Below, piece after piece: positions 11,983 to 22,626 of a stretch of DNA of 64,000 bases. The translations under genes were made by a program, and so were the position numbers. How positions within the stretch are numbered: the stretch's first letter is position 1; each line of letters begins with the position of its first letter. The stretch is from contig JACQQV010000008.1 of assembly GCA_016206785.1 (NCBI GenBank), forward strand, positions 4,402 to 68,401, given 5' to 3'. The notes beneath the pieces were generated by a model. The model saw only the letters and a program-made list of their open reading frames with translations. It was not told where the DNA came from and did no database searches. Source of the stretch: Candidatus Omnitrophota bacterium (GTDB lineage: Bacteria; Omnitrophota; Gorgyraeia; JACQQV01).

Positions 11983-13716
11983 GTGTTTCGAAAGTCCCAA
12001 GCAGTCCGCCTGCGACTTATTTTTTCATTCTTCTTTATCCTCTACATCCTCTTAGCCGCCCGCCTGATAGGCCTACAACTTTTTGCTCATCCGTCACTCC
12101 TTAGGATTGCTGAATCCCAGCATTATCCGACCCTCTCTTTGGAGGCGCGGCGCGGGGCAATTCTTGATCGACAGGGAAAACCGTTTGCACTCACCCACGC
12201 AACCGATTCCCTCTTTGTGGCTTCGCGCGAGATTCCCAATAAGGAAGAAATTTCAAAGGCGTTGTCCCAAAGACTTCATTTAAGCCAACCCTTTCTTCTG
12301 GAGAGACTGAGACGGGACAAATCGTTTGTCTGGATTAAACGGAAATTGCCTTTCCAATTGTCCAGCGAAATCAAGCAGATGAAGTTGAAGGGGGTCGATT
12401 TTGTCAAGGAGACAAAAAGGGTCTATCCGGGGGGACCTCTGGCAAGCCATATTTTAGGGTTCACAGACATCGATCATAAAGGTCTTGAGGGGATTGAGCG
12501 CTATTATGATCGTCTCCTTCGGGGGGAGGATGGCTACCGCCAGGTCCTTCGAGATGCAAAACGACGGGCCCTTCCTTCTTTGGAGCTTAAGTATCAGAAA
12601 CCGGTCGATGGGTTGACCGTCGTCCTCACCCTCGACGAAGTCATCCAGCATATTGCGGAACGGGAATTGGACAAGGCGTATAAGAAATGGAAAGCGAGCG
12701 GTGCCACCATCATTGTCATGGATCCTTGGAACGGAGAGATCCTCGCTCTCGCCAACCGCCCCGCCTACGACCTCAATAGTCCCGGCTCTTCCTCAGGGGC
12801 CAGTCGTCGCAACCGCGCGATCACCGATCTTTTTGAGCCAGGGTCCGTCTTTAAAATCATTACCGCCGCCACTGCCCTTCAGGAAGGGGTGGTGAAGGAG
12901 GAAGACAAGATCTTTTGTGAAAATGGGGCTTACCGCGTTTCCAATCATATCCTTCATGACCATCATCCTCAAGGGACCCTCACCTTTCGTCAGGTGATTG
13001 AGAAATCAAGCAATATCGGGACGGTGAAGGTGGCCCAAAAAATAGGACCGGCGAGGCTCCATCAGTATATTCTGGCCTTCGGGTTCGGCCAAAAGACCGG
13101 CGTCGATCTACCGGGAGAAATCCCAGGAGTTGCGGTTCCTCCCAAGAAATGGTCGGGAACCAGTATCGCCAATATCCCGATCGGGCAGGGGATCGGGGTG
13201 ACGACCCTACAACTCGCCTCGGCCATGGCGGTCATCGCCAATGGAGGGAAATGGGTACGACCCCATCTCTTAAAGGAGATTTTGAGTTCAGAGGGAGGCG
13301 TGATACAATCATACTCAAAAGAGCCGGGTCGCCCTGTCCTTCGAGAAGAGGTCGCAGAGAGACTTCGGGAAATCCTCGTGGGGGCGGTGGGAGAGGGGAC
13401 GGGGAAACTCGCAAAACTGGAAGGGTATGATGCCGGAGGGAAAACCGGCACCTCTCAGAAGCTCGACGAAGACGGTCGTTATTCCCACTCAAAGTATGTG
13501 GCCTCCTTTGTTGGATTTGCTCCCAGCCGGAATCCCCGAATCGTCGTAGCCGTCATGTTGGATGAACCCCACGGTGCCTATTTCGGAGGGGTGGTGGCAG
13601 CCCCTGTTTTTCAAAACGTTGCCGGTCGAACCTTGCGCTATCTAGAAATTCCCCATGAACAAAAGACGGAGACGCAGATGGTCCTGCACAACGAATCCAA
13701 GAAAAACGCTCTATGA
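11983..13716 (+). CDS. ftsI: Peptidoglycan D,D-transpeptidase FtsI (PBP3).
   Basis: N-terminal TM. PBP dimerisation domain. SxxK (SVFK), SSN and KTGT motifs. Confidence 0.9.
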   Translation: MFRKSQAVRLRLIFSFFFILYILLAARLIGLQLFAHPSLLRIAESQHYPTLSLEARRGAILDRQGKPFALTHATDSLFVASREIPNKEEISKALSQRLHLSQPFLLERLRRDKSFVWIKRKLPFQLSSEIKQMKLKGVDFVKETKRVYPGGPLASHILGFTDIDHKGLEGIERYYDRLLRGEDGYRQVLRDAKRRALPSLELKYQKPVDGLTVVLTLDEVIQHIAERELDKAYKKWKASGATIIVMDPWNGEILALANRPAYDLNSPGSSSGASRRNRAITDLFEPGSVFKIITAATALQEGVVKEEDKIFCENGAYRVSNHILHDHHPQGTLTFRQVIEKSSNIGTVKVAQKIGPARLHQYILAFGFGQKTGVDLPGEIPGVAVPPKKWSGTSIANIPIGQGIGVTTLQLASAMAVIANGGKWVRPHLLKEILSSEGGVIQSYSKEPGRPVLREEVAERLREILVGAVGEGTGKLAKLEGYDAGGKTGTSQKLDEDGRYSHSKYVASFVGFAPSRNPRIVVAVMLDEPHGAYFGGVVAAPVFQNVAGRTLRYLEIPHEQKTETQMVLHNESKKNAL

Positions 13717-15215
13717 CGACGCTTGGGACACTTCTGTCAAATTTTGAAGTTTCCCTTTCCCAAAAGGAACTTTTATTACCGGTCCCCGCCGTCTCTTGTG
13801 ACTCGAAACAGGTGAGGGAAGGGGACCTTTTTGTCGCGGTCAAAGGGGCGACCACTGATGGTGCTTCCTATATTCCCGAGGCCCTTTCTCGTGGAGCGAG
13901 AATCATTGTGGCGGAAAAAGATTTTCCCTCTGAATCGGGGATCGTGAAGGTCGTTGTAAAAGACTCCCGCCACGCCTTGGCCCTTCTCGCAAACCGTTTC
14001 TATGAAAATCCGAGTGAGAAGCTACGGGTGATCGGGATTACCGGCACCAACGGGAAAACGACCGCCTCCTATCTCATCGAGTCGGTCCTTCAAAAAGCGG
14101 GATACGGAGTCGGTGTGATTGGAACGATCGCCCACCGGGTCGGGACAAGGGCGATTCCCGCCCAGAATACCACCCCTGGCCCTCCTGAACTTCAATCCCT
14201 TCTTTCTCAAATGGTCAAAGAAAAATTGACCTATGCAGTGATGGAAGTCTCGAGCCACGCCCTCGATCAGAAAAGGGTGGAGACGATCCGATTCGATGCC
14301 GCCCTCTTTATGAATCTTACCCAGGATCATCTGGATTACCACAAGACTCAAGAGGCCTATTTTCAGGCAAAGCGCCGCCTTTTTGAATCCTTGGATGAGA
14401 AATCTACTGCCATCCTCAACGCGGATAGCCCCTTTTGCGAAAGGATGATCCGTGTGACACGAGGACGGCATTTAACCTACGGACTTCATGAGAGGGCAGA
14501 CATTTATGCCACACCTCCTCAGACGTCGTCGTCGGGGAGTTGCCTTGACGTCACAACACCTGCGGGACCGTTGAAGGTCACCTCGAGGCTGATCGGCCTT
14601 CACAATGTCTACAATACCCTCGCCGCCATCGGCACAGCTCTTTCGCAGAGAATTTCTCTTCCGCTCATTCAAGAAGGGGTGCAAGCACTTTCAGGAGTTC
14701 CGGGTCGATTGGAGCGGATCGACGCGGGTCAACCTTTCAGAGTCTTCGTCGATTTCGCCCATACCGAAGATGCATTGCAACAGGTTCTTGCTTCTTTAAG
14801 ACCTCTCACAGCGAGGCGGATTCTTCTTGTTTTTGGGTGCGGAGGGGACCGGGACCGTCTGAAACGACCTCAAATGGCGAAGGTGGCGAGTGAGTTATCG
14901 GACCTTGTCATTGTCACCTCAGACAATCCGAGGAAAGAAGATCCCCGCGCAATTTTAAAAGAGATCGAAACCGGCTTCCCCCCTGATTTTCATCGGTATC
15001 ATCTGGAAGAAGACCGGGCCAAGGCGATTGAGAAGGCCCTCTACGAGGCGGAAGAAGGGGACACGGTCCTCATTGCCGGCAAGGGACATGAAGCCTATCA
15101 GATTTTTAAGGACCGGACCATTCCCTTTGATGATCGACAGGTTGCTTATGAGATCCTTTACCATTCAAGAATTGCTCAAGGCCACGGAGGGGCAGCTTCT
15201 CCACAGAGGGGCTAG
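13713..15215 (+). CDS. murE: UDP-MurNAc-tripeptide synthetase MurE.
   Basis: GITGTNGKTT P-loop. Mur ligase central and C-terminal domains (DNPR). Confidence 0.9.
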   Translation: MTTLGTLLSNFEVSLSQKELLLPVPAVSCDSKQVREGDLFVAVKGATTDGASYIPEALSRGARIIVAEKDFPSESGIVKVVVKDSRHALALLANRFYENPSEKLRVIGITGTNGKTTASYLIESVLQKAGYGVGVIGTIAHRVGTRAIPAQNTTPGPPELQSLLSQMVKEKLTYAVMEVSSHALDQKRVETIRFDAALFMNLTQDHLDYHKTQEAYFQAKRRLFESLDEKSTAILNADSPFCERMIRVTRGRHLTYGLHERADIYATPPQTSSSGSCLDVTTPAGPLKVTSRLIGLHNVYNTLAAIGTALSQRISLPLIQEGVQALSGVPGRLERIDAGQPFRVFVDFAHTEDALQQVLASLRPLTARRILLVFGCGGDRDRLKRPQMAKVASELSDLVIVTSDNPRKEDPRAILKEIETGFPPDFHRYHLEEDRAKAIEKALYEAEEGDTVLIAGKGHEAYQIFKDRTIPFDDRQVAYEILYHSRIAQGHGGAASPQRG

Positions 15216-16512
15216 CGAATCCTTCCGAGGCATTTCTATCGATACGCGCACCCTTCAGGAAGGCGATCTGTTCATCGCGATCAAGGGGAAACGGTTCGAG
15301 GGTCACGACTTTGTGGAGGAGGCTGTCCGTCGAGGGGCCTCAGGCGTCTTGGTTTCCAAAAAAGTCACACCCCTGTCCCCAAAAGTCGCCCTTCTTGTCG
15401 TGCCGGATACCCTCGCAGCGCTCGGCGCGATCGCTTCTTACCACCGAAAACAGTTTTCGATCCCTGTGATTGCCGTGACCGGCTCAAACGGAAAGACGAC
15501 CACCAAGGAAATGATTAGCCATCTCCTTTCCAGCCTCGGCCCTGTTTTAAAGAATGAAGGGACAAAAAATAATCGGATCGGCGTTCCCTTAACCCTCCTC
15601 TCCCTTGAAAGAGACCACCAGTTCGCTGTGTTGGAGTTGGGGATGAGCGAACCGGGAGAGATCGGGATTCTTTCCAGAATGGCTGCTCCCTCAACGGCTC
15701 TCGTGACCAATATCGGTCCCGTGCATCTGGCGCTTCTTAAGGAGCTCGGAACGGTATTTGCCTGTAAGATGGAGATTTTGGAAGGACTTGAGAAAGGGGG
15801 CACTCTCGTCCTAAACGGAGAGGACCCCTATCTCAAAGAAGTCCGTTCGCCCTCCCATCGGGTTGTTTTCTTCGGAAAGGGGAGCCCTTTGAGTGTTTCT
15901 GGGATCGAACAAAGGGAAGAAGGAATCTTTTTCCGCTGCGAGGACCTTCAGGGATTTCTTCCTCTTTTGGGCGAGCAGAATGTTGAGAACGCACTTGCGG
16001 CGATCGCTGTGGCAGATCTCCAGGGCATGTCGCCCTCTCTTTCCATCCAGCGTCTCAAGTCTTTTCGGGGGCTTGAAGGACGGATGAGGCCAAAAAGGAC
16101 GGGAGGCATCGAATGGATCGACGATACGTACAATGCGAACCCGGAGTCAATGCGGCGGGCTGTTGAAAGTTTGAAAGGCCTTTCTGCGACGGGAAGACGG
16201 GTCCTTATCATGGGAGATATGTTGGAATTGGGGGAGAAGGCACAGGCCTACCATGAAACAGTGGGGGAGAAAGTGGCCACTTCCAACATTGACCTATTTG
16301 TGACGGTGGGCCCCCTTTCTCGGTTTGCCCATGAAAAGGCGAAATCGTTAGGGATGAATGGACAGCGTTCGGCTCATTTTAGCACCACGCACGAGGCAGC
16401 GCAGTATCTTGCGGAAACGACGAAACAGGGGGACCGGATTTTGATCAAGGGGTCACGGGGAATGAAAATGGAGGAAGTGATCATTGCTGTATCATCTGCT
16501 TTATCCTCTTAA
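15148..16512 (+). CDS. murF: UDP-MurNAc-pentapeptide synthetase MurF.
   Basis: GSNGKTTTKEM P-loop. Mur ligase domains. Start ambiguous between ATG 15130 and 15148, both overlapping the murE 3' end. Confidence 0.85.
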   Translation: MRSFTIQELLKATEGQLLHRGASESFRGISIDTRTLQEGDLFIAIKGKRFEGHDFVEEAVRRGASGVLVSKKVTPLSPKVALLVVPDTLAALGAIASYHRKQFSIPVIAVTGSNGKTTTKEMISHLLSSLGPVLKNEGTKNNRIGVPLTLLSLERDHQFAVLELGMSEPGEIGILSRMAAPSTALVTNIGPVHLALLKELGTVFACKMEILEGLEKGGTLVLNGEDPYLKEVRSPSHRVVFFGKGSPLSVSGIEQREEGIFFRCEDLQGFLPLLGEQNVENALAAIAVADLQGMSPSLSIQRLKSFRGLEGRMRPKRTGGIEWIDDTYNANPESMRRAVESLKGLSATGRRVLIMGDMLELGEKAQAYHETVGEKVATSNIDLFVTVGPLSRFAHEKAKSLGMNGQRSAHFSTTHEAAQYLAETTKQGDRILIKGSRGMKMEEVIIAVSSALSS

Positions 16513-17572
16513 GGAAATCTTTTTTGGATTCAATGTCTTTCGGTATCTCACCTTCCGTGCCGCTGGCGCCAGCATCACCGCATTCCTCTTGAGTGTCTTG
16601 ATCGGCCCGCTGATTTATCGAAAGATCAAAGCGTTGAGGGTAAGTGAAGATGCGGTTCGAGAGCATGCGCCCTCTCTGACAAAACTCCACCGGAGCAAGA
16701 AGGGAACTCCGACCATGGGGGGACTTGCGATCCTTTTCTCCCTCCTCGGTTCAACGCTCCTCTGGGCCAATCTGAGTAACCCCTATATTCTTCTTCTCCT
16801 CACCGTAAGCATCTGGTTGGGATTGGTGGGGCTTCTGGATGACACCCTCAAGTTCGTGATGAGAAGCTCGCGGGGATTGGCCGCTTCGACAAAATTTTTG
16901 GGCCAGATCATTGCAGGAACCGGGATCGCTCTTTTTCTTTACTTCGCCCCCGATTGGAACAAAATCCTCACCGTTCCCTTTTTGAAAAACTTCAACTTGG
17001 AGCTCGGCCTTCTCTACATTCCGTTTGTCATCCTGGTGATCGTCGGCTCCTCGAATGCGGTGAATCTCACCGATGGATTGGATGGCTTGGCGGTCGGATG
17101 CGTCATTATGGTGGCGATTAGCTACAGCATTCTCGCCTATCTCACCGGGCATGTGAAGTTTAGCGAGTACCTGAAGATTCCTTATGTGGCGGGAAGTGGA
17201 GAATTGGCAATCTTTTGCAGCGCCCTGGTCGGGGCGGGGCTCGGATTTCTCTGGTATAACTGTCATCCGGCCGAGGTCTTCATGGGAGATACCGGCTCGC
17301 TCTCTTTGGGAGGGGTGATCGGGACCGTGGCGGTTTTGATCCATAAGGAACTCGTTCTTTTTATCGCGGGAGGCATCTTTGTGGCGGAGGCGTTCAGCGT
17401 GATCCTTCAGATCCTTTCTTTTAAACTCACCGGAAAAAGAATTTTCTTAATGTCTCCCCTCCATCACCATTTTGAACTGAAGGGATGGGATGAGACAAAG
17501 GTGACCATTCGATTCTGGATCGTCGGCGCGATCCTGGTTTTTTTGAGTCTATCGACGTTAAAGTTGCGTTAA
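16484..17572 (+). CDS. mraY: Phospho-N-acetylmuramoyl-pentapeptide transferase MraY.
   Basis: FNVFRYLTFRAAGA N-terminus. Polytopic. DDxxK / NAVNLTDGLDGLA motifs. Confidence 0.9.
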   Translation: MLYHLLYPLKEIFFGFNVFRYLTFRAAGASITAFLLSVLIGPLIYRKIKALRVSEDAVREHAPSLTKLHRSKKGTPTMGGLAILFSLLGSTLLWANLSNPYILLLLTVSIWLGLVGLLDDTLKFVMRSSRGLAASTKFLGQIIAGTGIALFLYFAPDWNKILTVPFLKNFNLELGLLYIPFVILVIVGSSNAVNLTDGLDGLAVGCVIMVAISYSILAYLTGHVKFSEYLKIPYVAGSGELAIFCSALVGAGLGFLWYNCHPAEVFMGDTGSLSLGGVIGTVAVLIHKELVLFIAGGIFVAEAFSVILQILSFKLTGKRIFLMSPLHHHFELKGWDETKVTIRFWIVGAILVFLSLSTLKLR

Positions 17573-17573
17573 A

Positions 17574-18944
17574 ATGATCAATCTCTCCGGAAAAAAGGTG
17601 ACTGTGGTCGGGTTAGGAAAGAGCGGACTTTCCGCCTGCCAGCTCCTTTTAAGAGAGGGGGCCGAAGTCTTTGTCTCTGAAGCGCGGTCAGACCCTTCTC
17701 TGAAGCAAGCGGCCGAAGTTCTCACAAGAAAAGGTGTTTCAATGGAATTCGGGGGGCATACCCGGGAGTGGATTAGAGGGAAAGATCTTGTTGTCATGAG
17801 CCCCGGTGTTCCTTTCTCAAGCCCTCCTTTCCAGTGGGCGCAGTCAGAAAAGATCCCGATCCTCAGTGAAATTGAATTGGGTTATCTTTTTTGCAAAGGA
17901 AAGATCATCGCAGTGACCGGTAGTAACGGAAAGTCCACAACGGTCACCCTTCTGGGTAAAATGTTGGAAGAGGGAGGGAAGAGAAGTTTTGTGTGTGGAA
18001 ATATCGGAGAACCCTTCTGTAACCATGTCCTTAAGGTGTCGGAGAAAGATTGGGTGGTTCTGGAGGTGAGCTCCTTTCAGCTGGAGCAGTGCCATTCCTT
18101 TAAGCCCCACATTGCAATCCTTTTGAATCTCTCACCCAATCATTTGGACAGGCATCCTTCGTTGGAGAATTATATTTCAGTAAAACGCCGTATCGCCCAA
18201 TGTCAAAAGAAGGAAGACTATTTTTTGCTGAATGCCGACGATCCTCTCGCCCCAGAAGTGGGGAAAGGGTCTCTTTCCCAAAAACGGTATTTTAGTCGTA
18301 CCAAAAAAGTGAAAGGAGTTTTCCTGAAAGGAAGGGACATCTTCTCTTCTCTCAATGGCAGAGAGGAAAAGGTTTGTACCTTCCAAGGGTTTCGACTTCC
18401 CGGGTCCCATAATGAAGAAAACGCCCTTGCAGCGATCGTGGCTGCTCTCCTGGCGGGTGTGAAACCCTTTGCGGTTCAGAAGACTCTCGCGACCTTTGAA
18501 GGCCTCCCGCACCGGATCGAGTTTGTGGAGGAGATCGAGGGAGTCCGTTTTGTCGATGATTCGAAATCGACGACGGTGGCAAGTACCCTCCGCGCGATCG
18601 ATGCCCTCTCTGGTCCCCTTCTTTTGATCGCAGGGGGACGGGAGAAGAACGAAGATTTCCGGTCACTCCAACACCCCCTTCTCAAAAAGGTGAAGCGGAT
18701 TTTCCTTATCGGAGAGGCCAAAGAAAAGATCCGCTCCGCTCTCGCAGGGTCTGTAGAAACCACTCTTGCCGCTACCCTTGAGGAGGCGGTCGCGCTCGCC
18801 TTTGAGGCCTCCCAGGCGGGAGAGACAGTGCTCCTTTCTCCGATGTGCACGAGTTTCGATATGTTTAGAGATTTTGAGGAGCGGGGGGATCATTTCAAAG
18901 AAAATGTTGCGATGCTTAAGGCAAGGAAACTGCATGCGTGCTGA
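17574..18944 (+). CDS. murD: UDP-MurNAc-L-Ala--D-Glu ligase MurD.
   Basis: Rossmann N-terminus (VVGLGKSGLS). GSNGKSTT P-loop. Confidence 0.9.
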   Translation: MINLSGKKVTVVGLGKSGLSACQLLLREGAEVFVSEARSDPSLKQAAEVLTRKGVSMEFGGHTREWIRGKDLVVMSPGVPFSSPPFQWAQSEKIPILSEIELGYLFCKGKIIAVTGSNGKSTTVTLLGKMLEEGGKRSFVCGNIGEPFCNHVLKVSEKDWVVLEVSSFQLEQCHSFKPHIAILLNLSPNHLDRHPSLENYISVKRRIAQCQKKEDYFLLNADDPLAPEVGKGSLSQKRYFSRTKKVKGVFLKGRDIFSSLNGREEKVCTFQGFRLPGSHNEENALAAIVAALLAGVKPFAVQKTLATFEGLPHRIEFVEEIEGVRFVDDSKSTTVASTLRAIDALSGPLLLIAGGREKNEDFRSLQHPLLKKVKRIFLIGEAKEKIRSALAGSVETTLAATLEEAVALAFEASQAGETVLLSPMCTSFDMFRDFEERGDHFKENVAMLKARKLHAC

Positions 18945-20115
18945 ACGGACAGGACTTTTTGTCGTCACCTGTGCTTTGATTTCGATCGGGATCATCATGA
19001 TCTACTCGGCGAGCGCCATCTATGCCTACGAGAGGTATCAAGACAGTTTTTATTTCCTTAAGAGACACCTGATGTATTTGGGGGTCGGTTTTTTGGCGAT
19101 GATGGCGACCCTCGCTTTTCCGTACAGGAAAATTCGTTATTTTGCCAAACCGTTCCTTTTGACGTCGATCGTCCTTTTGCTCCTTGTCCTCATCTCGCCA
19201 TTAGGGAAAGAGAGCGGAGGAGCAAGCCGTTGGTTTCGCGTCGGTCCCTTTAGTTTCCAGCCGAGTGAAGCCGCGAAGATCGCCTTCTTTATCTATTTGG
19301 CAGATATTCTGTCACGGAAGAAAAATGACCTCGATGATTTCATTCATGGCTTCCTTCCACCCCTTCTGGTGCTCGGCGTCATCATCCTCCTGATTCTCCT
19401 GCAGCCCGATCTTGGCACTGCCCTCACCTTTGCCGTCGTGACGCTTCTCATGCTTTTCCTGGCCGGCGTGCGACTCCGTTATCTACTCATGACCCTCGCT
19501 TCTTTTCTACCTGCATTTCTTTTCTTGATCTTAACCAAGCCGTACCGTTTAAGACGCATCATCGCGTTTCTCGATCCATGGCAGGATCCCCAAGGGTCAG
19601 GCTTTCAGATCATCCAATCGTTTCTGGCTCTGGGATCTGGAGGTCTGTCAGGGGTGGGGTTGGGGCAATCCAAACAAAAACTTTTTTATCTTCCTGCCTG
19701 CCATACCGATTTCATCTTTTCGATTATCGGGGAAGAACTGGGACTCTGGGGAACGCTGGCGGTTCTTTTCCTCTTCGTTCTTTTTTCTTGGTACGCGTTT
19801 CAGATGCTCCGCAGGGTTCAGGACCGTTTTGGCCGTCTTTTGGGATTCGGGATCGCTTCGGTCATGACCTTTGAGGCGCTGGTGAATATCGGTGTGACCT
19901 GCGGGGCCATCCCGACCAAAGGGCTCCCTCTCCCATTCGTCAGTTACGGAGGAAGCGCCTTGGTGTTCAATTTGGTGGGGGTGGGGCTTCTTTTGAATAT
20001 CTCCCGATACGGGATGGAAAGTTCTTCTGTTTTTTCTTCCAATATCTTGGAGGCGGGCGAAAACTATTTTGTTCCCAAGAGCCTCCGTTTTCAGATCTGG
20101 AGAAAAAAAGGATGA
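18934..20115 (+). CDS. ftsW: SEDS peptidoglycan glycosyltransferase FtsW.
   Basis: 10-TM SEDS protein. RWFRVGPFSFQPSE and PLPFVSYGGSA motifs. Start at ATG 18934. Confidence 0.85.
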   Translation: MRAERTGLFVVTCALISIGIIMIYSASAIYAYERYQDSFYFLKRHLMYLGVGFLAMMATLAFPYRKIRYFAKPFLLTSIVLLLLVLISPLGKESGGASRWFRVGPFSFQPSEAAKIAFFIYLADILSRKKNDLDDFIHGFLPPLLVLGVIILLILLQPDLGTALTFAVVTLLMLFLAGVRLRYLLMTLASFLPAFLFLILTKPYRLRRIIAFLDPWQDPQGSGFQIIQSFLALGSGGLSGVGLGQSKQKLFYLPACHTDFIFSIIGEELGLWGTLAVLFLFVLFSWYAFQMLRRVQDRFGRLLGFGIASVMTFEALVNIGVTCGAIPTKGLPLPFVSYGGSALVFNLVGVGLLLNISRYGMESSSVFSSNILEAGENYFVPKSLRFQIWRKKG

Positions 20116-21218
20116 AAGTTGTCATTGCGTGCGGGGGGAGCGGAGGTCATCTGTATCCAGGTCTCTCTCTGGCGGCGACCCTCCGAGAACAACGGAAGGA
20201 TGTGGAAACGATTTTTGTCGTGACCCGAAAACCTCTCGATCGCAAGATCGTCGGAAAGGAAAAAATGGTTCTCGCCCTTCCGGTCGTCGGCATGCCACCC
20301 ATTTTTTCCTGGCGCTTCCCAATTTTTCTAATTCAATTGACCTACTCCTTCATGCTTTGTCTTGCTTGGATGATCCGGATCCATCCCGATATCTTCGTGG
20401 GGTTCGGAGGATATGTGTCCGGGCCGGTCATTTTGACAGGGGTTCTCTTGCGGAAGCCGACGTTCATTCATGAGGAGAATCTTGTTCCTGGACGCGCCAA
20501 CCTCTTCCTTTCACGATGGGCCACGCGCGTCGGTGTCGCCTTCGAGGAAACCCAAAAGTTTTTCCGTCGACCGGTGATCCATGTCGGAAATCCCCTGAGG
20601 AAAGACCTTGCGCCTCTACAGCCGGCCGAAGCGCGCGAGGCCTTGGGACTCAAGAGGGATCATTTCACCCTTTTGGTCATGGGAGGAAGTCAGGGGGCCC
20701 ACCGGCTCAACCGGGCGATGGTAGAACTTTTTGAAAGGTTTCCTCACAGAGAACGTGCCGATCTCCAACTCATTCATCTGGCGGGTGAAAAAGACGCCTT
20801 GTGGGTCGAAGAACGGTATCGGTCCCTTGAAGTGATTGCCCGTGTCTATCCCTTCCTTCAAAGAATGGGGGAAGCGTACAGTGCAGCGGATCTTGTGATT
20901 GCCCGGGGCGGGGCGATGACCATTACGGAAATTGCTCACTTCCGAAAGGTAGCCCTTCTTGTCCCCCTTGCCCTTGCGAGAAATCATCAGGGGGAAAATG
21001 TCCGGTATCTTGCCCGTCACGGAGCCTGCCTCTGTTATGAGGAAGAGAGCATCGCCACAGAGTCTTTTCTTCGAGAGATCTTGAGTCTTAAAAAGGATGA
21101 TGCTCGCCGGAAAGTACTTTCAGAAACGCTCGCTTCGCTCTGTCCCAATAGAAGTGCCGGGCGTCTCGCACAGGAGGTCATCGCCTTGACCCAGAAGGAG
21201 ACTGCCCATGTCGCCTGA
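20112..21218 (+). CDS. murG: UDP-GlcNAc:lipid I transferase MurG.
   Basis: GGSGGHLYP N-terminal motif. GT28 fold. Confidence 0.9.
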   Translation: MKVVIACGGSGGHLYPGLSLAATLREQRKDVETIFVVTRKPLDRKIVGKEKMVLALPVVGMPPIFSWRFPIFLIQLTYSFMLCLAWMIRIHPDIFVGFGGYVSGPVILTGVLLRKPTFIHEENLVPGRANLFLSRWATRVGVAFEETQKFFRRPVIHVGNPLRKDLAPLQPAEAREALGLKRDHFTLLVMGGSQGAHRLNRAMVELFERFPHRERADLQLIHLAGEKDALWVEERYRSLEVIARVYPFLQRMGEAYSAADLVIARGGAMTITEIAHFRKVALLVPLALARNHQGENVRYLARHGACLCYEEESIATESFLREILSLKKDDARRKVLSETLASLCPNRSAGRLAQEVIALTQKETAHVA

Positions 21219-22626
21219 TGCGCTTTCGAGAAAGAGATTTCATTTTGTGGGGATCGGCGGTATCGGCATGAGCGGACTCGCCCATCTCCTTTTGGCGAAG
21301 GGGCGCCAGGTGAGCGGGTCGGATGTGAAGCGTTCCTCTCTCCTTTCAAGACTTGAGAAAGAGGGAGCAAAAATTTTTATCGGTCACCGACGGGAACATA
21401 TTACGGACGCAGAAGTTTTGATTTACTCTTCCTGTATCCGTCCAGATAATCCTGAAAGGGAGGAAGCTGCGCAAAGGTCTCTCCTCAGCCTTTCAAGGGG
21501 CGAGCTCCTTTCCCTTCTTTTTAAAGAAAAGAGAACCGGTGTCGCCGTCTCAGGGTCCCATGGAAAGACCACGACGACGGCACTCGCCGCCTGGCTCCTG
21601 CGGAAGGGGGGGCTCGATCCTTCTTTCCTCATCGGAGGCGTTTCCCACAACCTGGATGGAAATGCAGCAATGGGACGAGGAGATTATTTTGTGACGGAAG
21701 CGGATGAGAGCGACGGTTCTTTTTTAGCCCTAACACCCACTTACAGCATTGTGACCAATATGGATGCCGAGCATCTTGATTTTTATGAGACGCTTGAGAA
21801 GTCTCTCGATGCCTATGCCGCTTTTCTCGATAAAACGAAAGGGACCCTTTTCGTCTCCTCGGATTGCCCGAATACGCAAAAGGTGCTTAAGAAACTCGGC
21901 ACGCGTCCTATCGTCACCTTCGGTCTTACCCAAGGGGCGCACTATTTTCCAACCTTAATCGAGCGGGAGGGACGTTCCTCCCGTTTTGACTGTATCGCCC
22001 ATGGCGAGCGTCTCGGCTCGTTTCTCCTCAATCTGCCGGGACTCCATAATATTACGAATGCCCTCGCCGTCATCGCCCTCGGCGGGGAGCTTGAAATTCC
22101 CGTACCCGTCCTACAGGAAGCGATCGAGACCTTCGACGGAGTCCAAAGAAGATTGGAAATGAAACAGTTTCCGGCACTCACCATCGTGGAAGATTACGCA
22201 CATCATCCCGCCGAGATTGAGGCGACTCTCGAGGCCTTGCGGGGGATGGGGAACGGGCGTCGCATCGTCAGCGTTTTTCAACCCCATCGTTACACCCGGA
22301 CCCGTCTTTTGGCGGAACGCTTTGGCAGTTGTTTTCAGAATGCAGATCTTTTGATCGTCACGGAAATCTACGCCGCGAGCGAAGCTCCGATTCCGGGGGT
22401 GGATGCAGAAACCATTCTGGGCGAGGTACGGCGGGCAGGAAAAAATAAGGAACTTCTTTTCGTCCCTAAAAAGGAGATCATCTCACGCCTCTTAGAGATT
22501 TTAAGACCCAAAGACATCCTCGTTGTGATGGGAGCGGGAGATGTGGGCGAGGTTGCCCGCGAGATGTCACGCTTATGTTCACAAGGAACTCTTTCGTGGA
22601 TCCACAGACCCTCCGAGACCACTTAA
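21208..22626 (+). CDS. murC: UDP-MurNAc--L-Ala ligase MurC.
   Basis: FVGIGGIGMSGLA and GSHGKTTTT motifs. Confidence 0.9.
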   Translation: MSPDALSRKRFHFVGIGGIGMSGLAHLLLAKGRQVSGSDVKRSSLLSRLEKEGAKIFIGHRREHITDAEVLIYSSCIRPDNPEREEAAQRSLLSLSRGELLSLLFKEKRTGVAVSGSHGKTTTTALAAWLLRKGGLDPSFLIGGVSHNLDGNAAMGRGDYFVTEADESDGSFLALTPTYSIVTNMDAEHLDFYETLEKSLDAYAAFLDKTKGTLFVSSDCPNTQKVLKKLGTRPIVTFGLTQGAHYFPTLIEREGRSSRFDCIAHGERLGSFLLNLPGLHNITNALAVIALGGELEIPVPVLQEAIETFDGVQRRLEMKQFPALTIVEDYAHHPAEIEATLEALRGMGNGRRIVSVFQPHRYTRTRLLAERFGSCFQNADLLIVTEIYAASEAPIPGVDAETILGEVRRAGKNKELLFVPKKEIISRLLEILRPKDILVVMGAGDVGEVAREMSRLCSQGTLSWIHRPSETT